Part shown: positions 13,265 to 23,290 of the stretch, piece by piece
Layout of the letters: each line of letters opens with the position of its first letter
Position numbering within the stretch: position 1 is the first letter of the stretch
NCBI GenBank assembly: GCA_963733835.1
Contig: CAVTER010000004.1
Span: 43,102-107,101, forward strand
DNA from: an uncultured Spirochaetota bacterium
GTDB taxonomy: Bacteria; Spirochaetota; Spirochaetia; SZUA-6; Fen-1364
DNA: 64,000 nucleotides
Direction of reading: 5' to 3'
Notes under the pieces: generated by a model
Told to the model about the DNA's origin: nothing
Databases searched by the model: none
What the model saw: the letters and a program-made list of their open reading frames with translations, nothing else
Position numbers and translations under genes: made by a program

Positions 13265-15053
13265 GGCCCCGCGAGCAGCCGCACCCGGGGTCACCTTCAG
13301 CATGCGCCTGAAGATCACCCTCACGTTCCTGGTCATCGGGTCCCTCGCGAGTCTCCTGCTCGCCGCCGGCACATTCACGATCCTGCAGCGCAGCATGTTC
13401 GGCGAGCTGCAGAACAGGGTGGGCGGTCTTGCCCGGGTCGCCGCGCAGCTCGTCGATCCAGAGGCATGCCGGCGCCTGGTCGCCCGTCTGCGGCCCGGCA
13501 TGTCCGACGACGGGGTCCGTGAGGCGGAAGACTCGGCGGACTTCCTGTCCGTCTCCGAGGCGCTGAACGCCGTCCGGGCCACCGAGGAGCGCCTCGTCCA
13601 CTACATCTACCTTTTCGCGCCAACCCCCGACGCGGAGACGGCGCTCTTCGTCGTCGACGCGGACCTGCTCGCCGACCGCGCGCGCGCCGAGGCCGGCGAG
13701 CTGTCCGCCGATGAGCTGACGCGCTTCGGGTCGGCCTTCGATCTCTCGGACTTTCCCGTCGCGAGGAGGGCCATCGCCGAGAAGGTCCCGCTGGTGGAGC
13801 AGGGCTACACCTGGGACGAGGCCTACGGGGTGAACTCCCTCACCGGATACGCCCCTGTCTTCGGCAGGGACGGCACGACCCTTCTCGGGGTTCTCGGGAT
13901 CGACATGGTGGACAGCGACGTGCGCGCCGTGCTGCGCCGCGCGAGGATCGTCACGGGGGCGGTGGTGGGCGGCGCTCTGCTGCTCACGATCCTGGCATCC
14001 ATCGTCATGGGGTCGCTGTTCACCCGGGGCATCGTGTCGCTGGACACCGTCGTGCGCAGGTTCGGCCAGGAGAACCTCGAGGTGCGGGCCGTGGTCCGTT
14101 CGCGCGACGAGGTCGGCCGTCTGGGCCTGAGCTTCAATGCCATGGCCGAGACCATCCAGGGCTACAGCAGGCGGCTGGAGGACCTGCTGGGAGCGTACGG
14201 CAGGTTCGTGCCGCACGAGCTGCTGCGCCTGCTGTCCAAGGAGAGCATCGTCGATCTGCAGCTGGGGGACCATGTCCAGCGGGACATGACGGTGATGTTC
14301 TCGGACATCCGCTCCTTCACCGCGCTCTCCGAGTCGATGACGCCGTTCGAGACCTTCAACTTCCTCAACTCCTATCTCAAGCGCATGGGGCCCGAGATCC
14401 GCAGGAACAACGGGTTCATCGACAAGTACATCGGCGATGCGATCATGGCGCTGTTCCCCCGCTGCGCCGACGACGGCCTCGCGGCAGCCGTCGCGATGCA
14501 GCAGAGGCTTGCCGAGTACAACGGGCACAGGAAGTCCAGCGGGTACCGGCCCATCTCCATCGGCATCGGCGTGCACTCGGGCACCCTCATGCTGGGAACC
14601 GTGGGCGAGCACGAGCGGATGGACGGCTCGGTGATCGCCGACGCGGTCAACCTGGCCTCGCGGCTGGAGGCGCTCACGCGTCTGTACGGCGCCGCCATCC
14701 TCACGACCGGTCGGACTCTCAAGTCGCTGAGGGCAACCGGCAGGTTCGCCTGCCGCTTCATCGACAGGGTGCAGGTGAAGGGCAGGGAAGGGACTGTCCT
14801 GCTCTTCGAGGTCCTCGACGGCTGCCCCCCCGCGGAGAGGGAGATGAAGCTTTCCAGTCGCGAGGAGCTCGCCCGCGGGCTGCGTTCCTACTACGGCCGC
14901 AGGTTCGCGGAGGCCCTCGCGATCTTCGAAACGCTGCGCGCCCGCAATCCCTCCGACGAGGTTGTGCGCATCTTCCAGAACCGAACCAAGGTGCTCGCCG
15001 GGGTTGGCGCCCCGCCGGACTGGCGAGGAGTGGAGCTGATCGAGGCAAAGTAG
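13257..15053 (+). CDS. Membrane-anchored class III adenylate/guanylate cyclase with a periplasmic sensor domain and HAMP
   Basis: An intact 598-aa ORF: one TM helix, a periplasmic region of about 200 aa, a second TM, a HAMP-like region, then the cyclase catalytic domain (MFSDIRSFTAL, YIGDAIMALF, GIGVHSG). Confidence 0.8.
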   Translation: MGEAPRAAAPGVTFSMRLKITLTFLVIGSLASLLLAAGTFTILQRSMFGELQNRVGGLARVAAQLVDPEACRRLVARLRPGMSDDGVREAEDSADFLSVSEALNAVRATEERLVHYIYLFAPTPDAETALFVVDADLLADRARAEAGELSADELTRFGSAFDLSDFPVARRAIAEKVPLVEQGYTWDEAYGVNSLTGYAPVFGRDGTTLLGVLGIDMVDSDVRAVLRRARIVTGAVVGGALLLTILASIVMGSLFTRGIVSLDTVVRRFGQENLEVRAVVRSRDEVGRLGLSFNAMAETIQGYSRRLEDLLGAYGRFVPHELLRLLSKESIVDLQLGDHVQRDMTVMFSDIRSFTALSESMTPFETFNFLNSYLKRMGPEIRRNNGFIDKYIGDAIMALFPRCADDGLAAAVAMQQRLAEYNGHRKSSGYRPISIGIGVHSGTLMLGTVGEHERMDGSVIADAVNLASRLEALTRLYGAAILTTGRTLKSLRATGRFACRFIDRVQVKGREGTVLLFEVLDGCPPAEREMKLSSREELARGLRSYYGRRFAEALAIFETLRARNPSDEVVRIFQNRTKVLAGVGAPPDWRGVELIEAK

Positions 15054-15087
15054 CGCGGGCTTCGCACATGCTAGCGCAGTTGATGTA

Positions 15088-15146
15088 TTGACACTTTTGT
15101 CACGAAATGGTAGCTTTTGAATCGTGAATTATATCACCATTCACTT
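15088..15146 (+). promoter_or_regulatory. AT-rich promoter/operator island upstream of the hydrogenase operon
   Basis: A -35 TTGACA (15088-15093), 17-nt spacer, and an extended -10 TGgTAGCTT (15108-15116). The palindrome TGACA-N4-TGTCA overlaps the -35, and the inverted repeat GTGAA-N11-TTCAC lies at 15124-15145. Confidence 0.5.
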
Positions 15147-15161
15147 CTTGGGGGAGACAGC

Positions 15162-15676
15162 ATGAGCACAGCACTTCAGAAGCGTCCAATCGACGAGGTG
15201 ATTGCGAGCCACCCGCCCAACCGGGACCACCTGATCTCCATCCTGCAGGAGGTCCAGGGCGAGTATGGCTACCTCTCCCGCGACAGCATCAACAGGATCT
15301 CCGACTACCTGAAGCTGCCCTCGTCGAAGGTCTTCGGCGTGGCCACCTTCTACAACCAGTTCAAGCTGACCGCGCCGGGGAAGATCCAGATCCAGATCTG
15401 CCGGGGAACGGCCTGCCACGTGAAGGGATCGCTCAACCTGCTGGACGCCCTGATCACCGCGCTGGGCATCGAGGTCGGCCAGACGACCAGGGACGGGCTG
15501 TTCTCGCTCGAGACGGTCGCGTGCCTCGGGTGCTGCTCCATCGCTCCCGCGATGATGGTGAACGGGAGGTTCTTCGGCCGGCTCGACAAGAAGCAGGTCG
15601 AGGAGCTGGTCGACAAGTTCCGCGCCGCGGGCGGGGTCGACGGCGCTTCCGGGCCGAGGCCGGGGGGTGGAGGCAT
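15162..15676 (+). CDS. hydC: NuoE-like [2Fe-2S] subunit of an NADH-dependent [FeFe]-hydrogenase (HydC/HndA-like); no stop seen before the downstream HydB-like sequence
   Basis: MSTALQKRPIDEV...QICRGTACHVKGS...CLGCCSIAPAMMVNGRFFG is the NuoE/24-kDa 2Fe-2S motif. Upstream are a GGGGAGA RBS and an AT-rich promoter. A Gly-rich linker (GGVDGASGPRPGGGG) runs directly into the next domain in the same frame. Confidence 0.7.
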
Positions 15677-17512
15677 GAACAAGGTCTTCATCGGCATGGG
15701 CACCTGCGGCCTGGCCACCGGCGCGGGCGAGGTGAAGACGGCGGTCGAGAAGTGGGCGGCCGCGCGGCAACGTGGCGCGTGCAGATCACCCCGACGGGCT
15801 GCATCGGCTACTGCAAGGCCGAGCCGATCATGGACGTGGTGACCGACACGGGCCACCGGGTCTCCTACGGCAACGTCACTCCCGAGGTGGCCAGCTTCAT
15901 CCTGGACGAGGTGTTCGTGCGCAGGAACACTGAAGCTCGACGGCCTGCTGGGCCAGTTCAGGAACGGCAAGGCGCCGCTCGCCGGGCATCCCCCTGATCG
16001 ACGAGCACCCCTACTTCCGCAAGCAGGTGAAGTACGTGCTGCGCAACTGCGGGGTCATCAACCCCGAGTCCATCGCCGACTACCGCGCGCACGGCGGGTT
16101 CAAGGGCCTGGAGCGTGCGCTGCACCATGACCAGCGCCGAGGTGATCGCCGAGATCACGAAGTCGGGCCTGCGCGGCCGCGGCGGCGGCGGGTTCTCCGC
16201 CGGCAAGAAGTGGGAGTTCGCCCTGGCCTCGAAGAGCGAGAAGAAGTACGTGATCTGCAACGCCGACGAGGGCGACCCCGGGGCCTTCATGGACCGCTCC
16301 ATCCTCGAGGGCGACCCCTTCTCCGTGCTCGAGGGCATGATCATCGCCGGCTACGCCATCGGCGCCAACGAGGGCATCATCTACTGCCGCGCCGAGTATC
16401 CCCTCGCCATCGAGCGGCTCAGGAAGGCCATCGGCGTCGCTGAAGGCGGAGGGGCTTCTCGAGAAGCCGCGTCGGTCCGAGCGGGCTTCCAGTTCACCCT
16501 GCGGGTGAAGAAGGGCGCCGGCGCGTTCGTCTGCGGCGAGGAGACCGCGCTGATGGCCTCGGTCGAGGGCCGGCGCGGCATGCCCCGGCCCCGGCCGCCG
16601 TTCCCCGCCGTGTCGGGCCTGTTCCAGAAGCCCACGATCATCAACAACGTGGAGACCTTCGCCAACGTGCTCGCACATCCTGCGCGAGGGGGCCGCGCGC
16701 CTTCGCGGCCATGGGCACCGCAGAGCCGCAAGGGCACGAAGGTCTTCGCCCTCACCGGCAAGGTGATGAACACCGGCCTGGTCGAGGTGCCCATGGGCAT
16801 CACCCTGCGCGAGATCGTCTTCGACATCGGCGGCGGCATCCCCGACGGCAAGGCCTTCAAGGCCGTGCAGATCGGCGGTCCCTCGGGCGGCTGCATCCCG
16901 GCCGAGCACCTGGACACGAAGATCGACTACGAGTCGCTGAAGTCCGTCGGCGCCATGATGGGCTCGGGCGGCCTCGTGGTGATGGACGAGGACACCTGCA
17001 TGGTGGACGTGGCCCGCTACTTCCTGCGGCTTCATCACCACCGAGATCCTGCGGCAAGTGCATCCCCTGCCGCGAGGGCACGCAGCGGCTGTACGAGATC
17101 CTCGACTCCATCGTCTCGCCCTACTCGCAAGATGAAGAGCGAGGAGGACAACCTCCTGCGCTTCAACCGGGTGCTGAACATGGAGAGCCTGGCGCAGGTG
17201 ATCAAGGACACCTCGCTGTGCGGCCTGGGCCAGACGGCGCCCAACCCCGTGCTGTCCACCCTGCGGTACTTCCGCGAGGAGTACGAGGCGCACATCTACG
17301 ACCGGAAGTGCCCGGCCCACCAGTGCAAGGGCCTGCTGACCTACGAGATCGACACCGACGCCTGCACGGGGTGCACGCTGTGCGCGAAGAAGTGCCCCAC
17401 GCAGGCCATCGTGGGCGAGAAGAAGAAGGCCCACTACATCGTGGACGAGAAGTGCATCCGCTGCGGCATCTGCCGCGACGTGTGCCGCTTCAACGCGGTG
17501 ACGGTGAGCTGA
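15677..17512 (+). CDS. hydB: NuoF-like flavoprotein subunit of an [FeFe]-hydrogenase (HydB/HndC-like) with an N-terminal thioredoxin-like [2Fe-2S] domain; at least 4 frame disruptions
   Basis: The pieces are MNKVFIGMGTCGL...ITPTGCIGYCKAEP (Trx-like ferredoxin), then RNCGVINPESIADYRAHGGFKGLERAL, then ORF 16115..17512 with GRGGGGFSAGKKWE, the FMN/NADH motifs CNADEGDPGAF and GAGAFVCGEETALMAS, ESCGKCIPCREG (after a shift), and C-terminal 2x[4Fe-4S] CxxCxxCxxxCP. Confidence 0.75.
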
Positions 17513-17525
17513 GGAGGCGACATCG

Positions 17526-19256
17526 ATGGTGAACCTGACGATCAACGACCGGAAGACCCTGCAGGCCGCCCCCGGGACGACGATCCTGGACGCGGCGACC
17601 GCCGCGGGCGAGCGAGATCCCCACCCTGTGCCACATCAAGGAGCTGTTCCCGAGCGGCGCCTGCCGCATGTGCGTGGTGGAGTGCAAGGGGCAGCCCGGC
17701 CTCATCCCCTCCTGCGCCTTCCCGGTCGAGGAGGGCATGGAGGTCGCAGACGCGCAGCCCGCGGGTCGTCGAACGCCCGCCGCACGATCATCCAGCTCCT
17801 GCTCGCGAGCCACCCCTTCGACTGCCTCACCTGCGCCGAAGAACGGCTACTGCGAGCTGCAGTCCCTGGCCTCGGAGTACGGCATCGACAGGGTGCCCTT
17901 CGAGGGCAAGACCCGCCACCACTACACCGACTTCTCCTCCCCCTCCATCATCCGCGAGCCGGACAAGTGCATCCTCTGCGGCCGCTGCGTGCGCATCTGC
18001 GAGGAGATCCAGGGCGTGGCGGCCATCGACTTCACCCGGCGCGGCTTCGACACCATGGTGCTGCCGCCCTTCGAGATGGACCTGAGCGAGACCACCTGCG
18101 TCAACTGCGGCCAGTGCACGCTCGCCTGCCCGACCGGCGCGCTGCACGAGGTGCGCGCCGTCGAGAAGGTGATCCAGGTGCTGCAGGAGGGCAAGAAGTA
18201 CGTCGTGGCCCAGGCCGCCCCCGCGATCCGCGTGTCGCTGGGCGACTTCTTCGGGCTGGCCCCCGGCGCCAACGTGACAGGCAAGGTCGCCGCGGCGCCT
18301 GCGGCGCATGGGCTTCCGCCAGGTCTTCGACACCGACTTCGCCGCCGACCTCACGATCATGGAGGAGGGCACGGAGCTGGTGCGCAGGATCACGGAGGGC
18401 GAAGAAGCTTCCGCTGTTCACCTCCTGCTGCCCTGCCTGGATCAAGTTCGCCGAGCACTACTACCCCGAGCTGCTCGCGAACATCTCCACCTGCAAGAGC
18501 CCGCAGGAGATGATGGGCGCCACCATCAAGAGTTACCTCGCGAAGAAGATGTCGATCGACCCGCGCGACATCTACGTGGTGTCGGTGATGCCCTGCACGG
18601 CCAAGAAGTACGAGGCGCTGCGGCCCGAGCTGTCGAAGGACGGCGTCACGGACGTGGACGCGGTGCTCACCACCCGCCAGTTCAACAGGATGATGCAGAT
18701 CTTCGGCATCACCTTCGAGAGCCTCCCCGAGGAGGAGTTCGACAAGCCCTTCGGCGCGCCCACGGGGTCGGGCGACATCTTCGCCGCCTCCGGCGGGGTC
18801 ATGGAGTCGGCCCTGCGCTCGGCCTACTACCTGCTCACGGGCAAGGACCTGGAGAAGCTGGACTTCGAGGCCGTGCGCGGCATGGCCGGGGTGAAGGAGG
18901 CCAGCGTGAAGGTGGGCGACCGCACCATCCGCGTTGCCATCGCCAACCGCCTGTCCAACGCACGGCAGATCGCCGACAGGGTGCGCGCGGGGGACTCGCC
19001 CTGGGAGTTCATCGAGGTCATGGCCTGCCCCGGCGGCTGCGCCGGCGGCGGCGGCCAGATGTACGGCTACGACCCGCAGAGGACCGAGCAGAGGATCAAG
19101 GCGATCTACGCCCTGGAGAAGAGCAGGTCGGTGCGCCAGTCGTACAAGAACCCGGCAGTCGCCTCCGTGTACAAGGAGTACTTCGGCGAGCCGGGCTCGC
19201 ACACGGCGCACGAGCTCCTGCACACGAGCTACGAGTCACGGCCCCAGAAGGGCTGA
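17526..19256 (+). CDS. hydA: [FeFe]-hydrogenase catalytic subunit (HydA/HndD), about 3 frame disruptions
   Basis: An N-terminal 2Fe-2S/4Fe-4S ferredoxin region is followed by H-cluster motifs L1 (TSCCPAW), L2 (MPCTAKKYE) and L3 (EVMACPGGCAGGGGQ) in the 17526..19256 frame. Parts of the N-terminus sit in frames 17668..18513 and 18308..19369. Confidence 0.8.
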   Translation: MVNLTINDRKTLQAAPGTTILDAATAAGERDPHPVPHQGAVPERRLPHVRGGVQGAARPHPLLRLPGRGGHGGRRRAARGSSNARRTIIQLLLASHPFDCLTCAEERLLRAAVPGLGVRHRQGALRGQDPPPLHRLLLPLHHPRAGQVHPLRPLRAHLRGDPGRGGHRLHPARLRHHGAAALRDGPERDHLRQLRPVHARLPDRRAARGARRREGDPGAAGGQEVRRGPGRPRDPRVAGRLLRAGPRRQRDRQGRRGACGAWASARSSTPTSPPTSRSWRRARSWCAGSRRAKKLPLFTSCCPAWIKFAEHYYPELLANISTCKSPQEMMGATIKSYLAKKMSIDPRDIYVVSVMPCTAKKYEALRPELSKDGVTDVDAVLTTRQFNRMMQIFGITFESLPEEEFDKPFGAPTGSGDIFAASGGVMESALRSAYYLLTGKDLEKLDFEAVRGMAGVKEASVKVGDRTIRVAIANRLSNARQIADRVRAGDSPWEFIEVMACPGGCAGGGGQMYGYDPQRTEQRIKAIYALEKSRSVRQSYKNPAVASVYKEYFGEPGSHTAHELLHTSYESRPQKG

Positions 19257-19284
19257 GGGAGGGGAGGACCCCGGGGGACGGGCC

Positions 19285-21352
19285 ATGGTGTCGGTCTACA
19301 CGGTCAGCGACACGTGCAAGAAGTGCTACTCGTGCGTGCGGTCCTGCCCGACAAAGGCCATCCAGGTGAAGGGCGGGCAGGCCGAGATCATCGAGGAGTT
19401 CTGCATCTCCTGCGGGTGGTGCGTGACCGCCTGCTCGCAGGGGGCCAAGCGCGTGCGCTCCTCCCTCGACCAGGTGCGCGCGCTGCTGGCGGGGGCCGGC
19501 AGCACCTACGCGCTGCTCGCACCCTCGTTCCCCGCGGCGTTCCTCGACACCCCGCCGCGCCAGCTTGTGGGCGCGCTGCGCGCTGTGGGCTTCGCCGGCG
19601 TGTTCGAGGTGGCATTCGGGGCCGACCTCGTCTCGTACGAGTACTACCGGCGGTTCCGCGCCATCGTGGAACGCTCCCCCGACGACTTCCTCATCTCCTC
19701 GCCCTGCCCCTCCGTGGTGCAGTACGTGGAGAAGATGGTGCCCGAGCTGGCCGGCCATCTCGCCCCCGTGGTCTCGCCCATGGAGGCCACGGCCCGGATG
19801 GTGAGGAGCAGGGTCGACCCGCGGGCGCAGCTCGTGTTCATCGGCCCCTGCGTGGCGAAAAAAGTCGAGGGGGACGGCGCTTCCGGCGCCTCGGGCGCTT
19901 CCGGCGCCGGTGTGGATGCCGTGCTGACCTTCGAGGAGCTGGTGGAGCTGTTCGCCGCGGCGGGGGTGGCACCCCCCCAGGCGGCGCCTGCCGACTTCAA
20001 CCCCCCGCACGCGAACCTCGGCAGGATCTACCCGGTCACCGGCGGGCTGCTCAAGGCAGCCTCGATCGACGCGGACATCCTCGAGAGCCCCGTCTACGTC
20101 GTGGAAGGGCCCGAGAGGGTGATGGACATGCTGCACGTGCTGTCCAACCGGGTGCGCACAGGCCAGAGGGTGAGCTACAGGCTGTTCGACCTCCTGTTCT
20201 GCGAGGGGTGCATCGGCGGCCCCTCGATGGTGAACGACCTCACCTTCTACGAGCGCAAGAAGTACGTGGTGCAGTACATGCATCACCAGCCCATGGCCCG
20301 CGACATCGAGGAGTGGGCCGAGGAACACGCCGAGTACCTCGACATCGACCTGTCCACGCGCTTCCACCCCGTGACGCGCGAGGAGGTGGCCGCCCCCGAG
20401 GAGGAGATCCGCAGGATCCTCTCCCAGACGGGAAAGCTCACCCCCGAGGACGAGCTGAACTGCGGTGCCTGCGGCTACCCCTCCTGCAGGGACAAGGCCC
20501 TCGCCGTGTACAGGGGCAAGGCCGAGGTGGAGATGTGCCTGCCCGTACCTCATCGCCCGGGTGGAGTCGGCGATGAAGGACCTCACGGCGAACCAGACCC
20601 GGCTCATCCAGGCGGAGAAGCTCGCCTCGATGGGCCAGATGGCGGCGGGGATCGCCCACGAGATCAACAACCCCCTCGGCGTCGTGCTCATGTACTCTCA
20701 CCTGCTGAAGGACGAGCTTCCCGAGGGCGCCCCGGGCAGGGCCGACGCGGACAGGATCATCGCGGAGGCCGAGCGCACGCAGAAGATCGTGCGCGGGATC
20801 CTGAACTTCGCGCGCGAGGAAAAGGTCGAGCGCAGGCCCACCGACATCAATGCGCTTCTCCGTGACAGCGTGACCGGGATCGCGGGAACTTCACAGAACG
20901 GGAAAATCCGTGTAGAGTGGGCTCTCGACGAACGCCTCGCCCCGCAGAACGTGGATGCGGGGCAGCTGCGCCAGGTCTTCGACAACATCGTGAAGAACGC
21001 GCGGGAGGCCATGCCCGACGGCGGGACGCTCCGCGTGTCGACGGAGGACGGGGAGGGGGAGTTCACGGTCCGCGTCGCGGACTCGGGTCCCGGCATCCCG
21101 GAGGAGAACCTGCCCAAGATGTTCTCTCCCTTCTTCACGACGAAGAAGGTGGGCAAGGGCACGGGCCTGGGCCTGTCCGTGTGCTACGGCATCGTGAAGA
21201 TGCACGGCGGGACCATCCAGGCCTCGAACAACCCCGAGGGCGGCGCGTGCTTCACCGTGCGCATCCGCCGCGTCGTTTCCGCGGCCAACGGGAAGGCGGC
21301 GCAGGCGGCAGTTTCGAAGGAGGACGGACGTGGCTCGAGTACTGATCGTTGA
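19285..21352 (+). CDS. Sensor histidine kinase whose input is a sensory [FeFe]-hydrogenase-like (HydS-type) domain: 2x[4Fe-4S] ferredoxin, degenerate H-domain, Cys4 cluster, HisKA and HATPase; one frameshift near 20540
   Basis: [22 protein letters not shown]...[11 protein letters not shown] is a 2x4Fe-4S region. Degenerate H-cluster motifs follow: ISSPCPSVV (versus TSCCPxW), [21 protein letters not shown]. There is a [12 protein letters not shown] linker and CGACGYPSC. After the frameshift come HisKA ([12 protein letters not shown]) and HATPase_c ([20 protein letters not shown]) in ORF 20465..21352. Confidence 0.75.
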
Positions 21353-21734
21353 CGACGACGCGGACCTCATCGCGGGGCAGCGGGCGTTCCTGGAATCAAG
21401 CGGCTACACCGTCGAGTCTGCCAACTCGATCGACGAGGGCCTCGCCCGGGCGAGCGAGTTCGCCCCCGACCTCATCCTGGCGGACCTCATGATGGAGCAC
21501 TACGACTCGGGATTCGTGTTCTGCAAGAAGGTGCGCGACCTCCCCGGGCTGGCGACGGTTCCCATCATCATGCAGACAGCCGCCCCCCGCAAGATCGGCT
21601 TCACCTTCGAGGGAAGCGCGGCACCGGGGCGGGAGTGGATGAAGGTGGACGAGGTGCTCACCAAGCCCGTTCCCCTCGAGCACCTGGTGGGCAAGATCGA
21701 GCAGCACCTGTCGGGCAAGGCCCGCCGTGCGTAG
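21330..21734 (+). CDS. Single-domain CheY-like response regulator
   Basis: [13 protein letters not shown]...DLILADLMME...TKP. Its start overlaps the end of the upstream kinase. Confidence 0.8.
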   Translation: MARVLIVDDDADLIAGQRAFLESSGYTVESANSIDEGLARASEFAPDLILADLMMEHYDSGFVFCKKVRDLPGLATVPIIMQTAAPRKIGFTFEGSAAPGREWMKVDEVLTKPVPLEHLVGKIEQHLSGKARRA

Positions 21735-21757
21735 GACGCGGTGCCGCGGGTGAGCTG

Positions 21758-23261
21758 ATGGACGGCGAGCGGCCCCCCCAGCCCAGCGCGGACGCCTCCG
21801 CGGAGCCGGTCCCGAGGGACCGCGAGCAGGTCCGGATTCTCGTCATCGACGACGAGGAGGGCATGCGCGAGGGCATGCGGCGGGTGCTGGAGCGGCGGGG
21901 TTTCGCCGTGCAGACCGCCCGCGACGGGGAGACCGCCATCCGCATGCTCGGCGAGGCCCCCTACGACCTGGCCCTCGTCGACCTGAAGATGCCCGGCATC
22001 GACGGGTTCAAGGTCACCGAGCACATCCGCCAGCGCTTCGGCGGCACGCATGGTGGTGGTCATCGTCTCGGCCCTCGCCACGGTGGAGGCGGCCGTGGAG
22101 GTGACCCAGCGCGGCGCCTTCGACTTCCTGGTCAAGCCGTTCACCCCCGACGACCTGCTGCAGGTCGTGAACAGGGCCGTGCAGCAGTGGCGCCTGATCC
22201 GCGAGCGCGAGAAGTACCTCTCCGAGCTGGCCACGGAGCGCAGCCTCTCCCACCAGATGATCTCCTCGATGCACGAGGGGGTGGTGGTGCTGAACGTGCG
22301 CCGCGAGCCGGTGCTGATGAACCCGCGGGCCGAGCACTTCCTGGGAAAGCGCTTCCGGGAGGGCCTGACCCTCGCGGAGCTGTTCACCGACCTGGACGCC
22401 AGCGCGGCGATCGAGGGGGTCCTCGACGCCGGGCCGCAGGCACCCGACAGGTCCGTGCAGGTGAGGGCGGGAGAGGCGATGCTCCAGGTGAGCGTGACGC
22501 CGCTCACCCGCGACGGGGCGGCCGGCGGGGCGATCGTGATCCTCACCGACGTCACGGCGAGCTGGAAGGCCGAGCAGGACAAGAACAGGTTCGTCTCCAT
22601 GGTGGCCCACGAGCTGAAGAGCCCGCTCTCGGCGATCATCAACTACATCAACGTCATCCTGACGGGGATGTTCGACAGGGACCCGGGGAAGATCCACGAG
22701 ATGCTCGACCGCTGCAAGGTGCGCGGCGAGGCGCTGCTGGACCTCGTGCGCGACCTGCTGTACATCAACGCGCGCGAGGTGGGAAAGGTCCAGCGCACGC
22801 TGGAAGACCTGGACCTGAAGGAGATCCTCGCGGCGCAGCTGGAGTTCTTCAAGGTCCAGGCGGACAAGAAGAAGCTGGTCACGGCCCTCGAGGCGCCGCC
22901 CGCCGCCTGCCCCGTGCACGCGGACAGGGGCGACATGGACAGGATCTTCATGAACCTCATCTCGAACGGCATCAAGTACAACCGGGACAAGGGCAGCCTC
23001 ACGGTCGCCGTGGCCGACGGCGGGGAGAGCTGGATCGTGTCCGTGTCGGACACCGGCATCGGGATGAGCGAGGCCGAGCGCGCAAACCTGTTCCAGGAGT
23101 TCTACAGGGTCAAGAGCGCGAAGACATCGGGAATCGCGGGCACGGGCCTGGGCCTTGCCACGGTGCACCGGGTGCTGGGCGAGTACAACGGCGCGATCGC
23201 CGTCGAGTCCAGGCCCGACGCGGGCTCCACCTTCCGCGTCACCTTCCCCAAGCGCGCATAG
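21758..23261 (+). CDS. Hybrid receiver-PAS-histidine kinase (REC, PAS, HisKA, HATPase_c); one frameshift near 22040
   Basis: The N-terminal receiver (RILVIDDEEGMREGMRR...DLALVDLKMPGIDG) continues after a shift in ORF 22050..23261 with FDFLVKPF, a PAS-like region, the H-box MVAHELKSPL, the N-box NLISNGIKY and G-boxes DTGIGM, GTGLGL. Confidence 0.75.
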
Positions 23262-23290
23262 GCCGCGCCCCGGCGCCTGGCCCCCGCCGG

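Noticed and set aside
15677-16000. A separate small HndB-like thioredoxin-type ferredoxin gene between hydC and hydB
   Set aside because: No start/stop pair isolates it. The domain runs on (through frame breaks) into the NuoF-like sequence, so I treat it as the N-terminal domain of HydB rather than an independent gene.
19870-19905. GGCGCTTCCGGCGCCTCGGGCGCTTCCGGCGCC repeat; possible CRISPR or repeat element
   Set aside because: It is an in-frame coding microsatellite giving a [12 protein letters not shown] flexible linker inside the sensor kinase. It has no spacer/repeat architecture, and there is no CRISPR array anywhere in the window.
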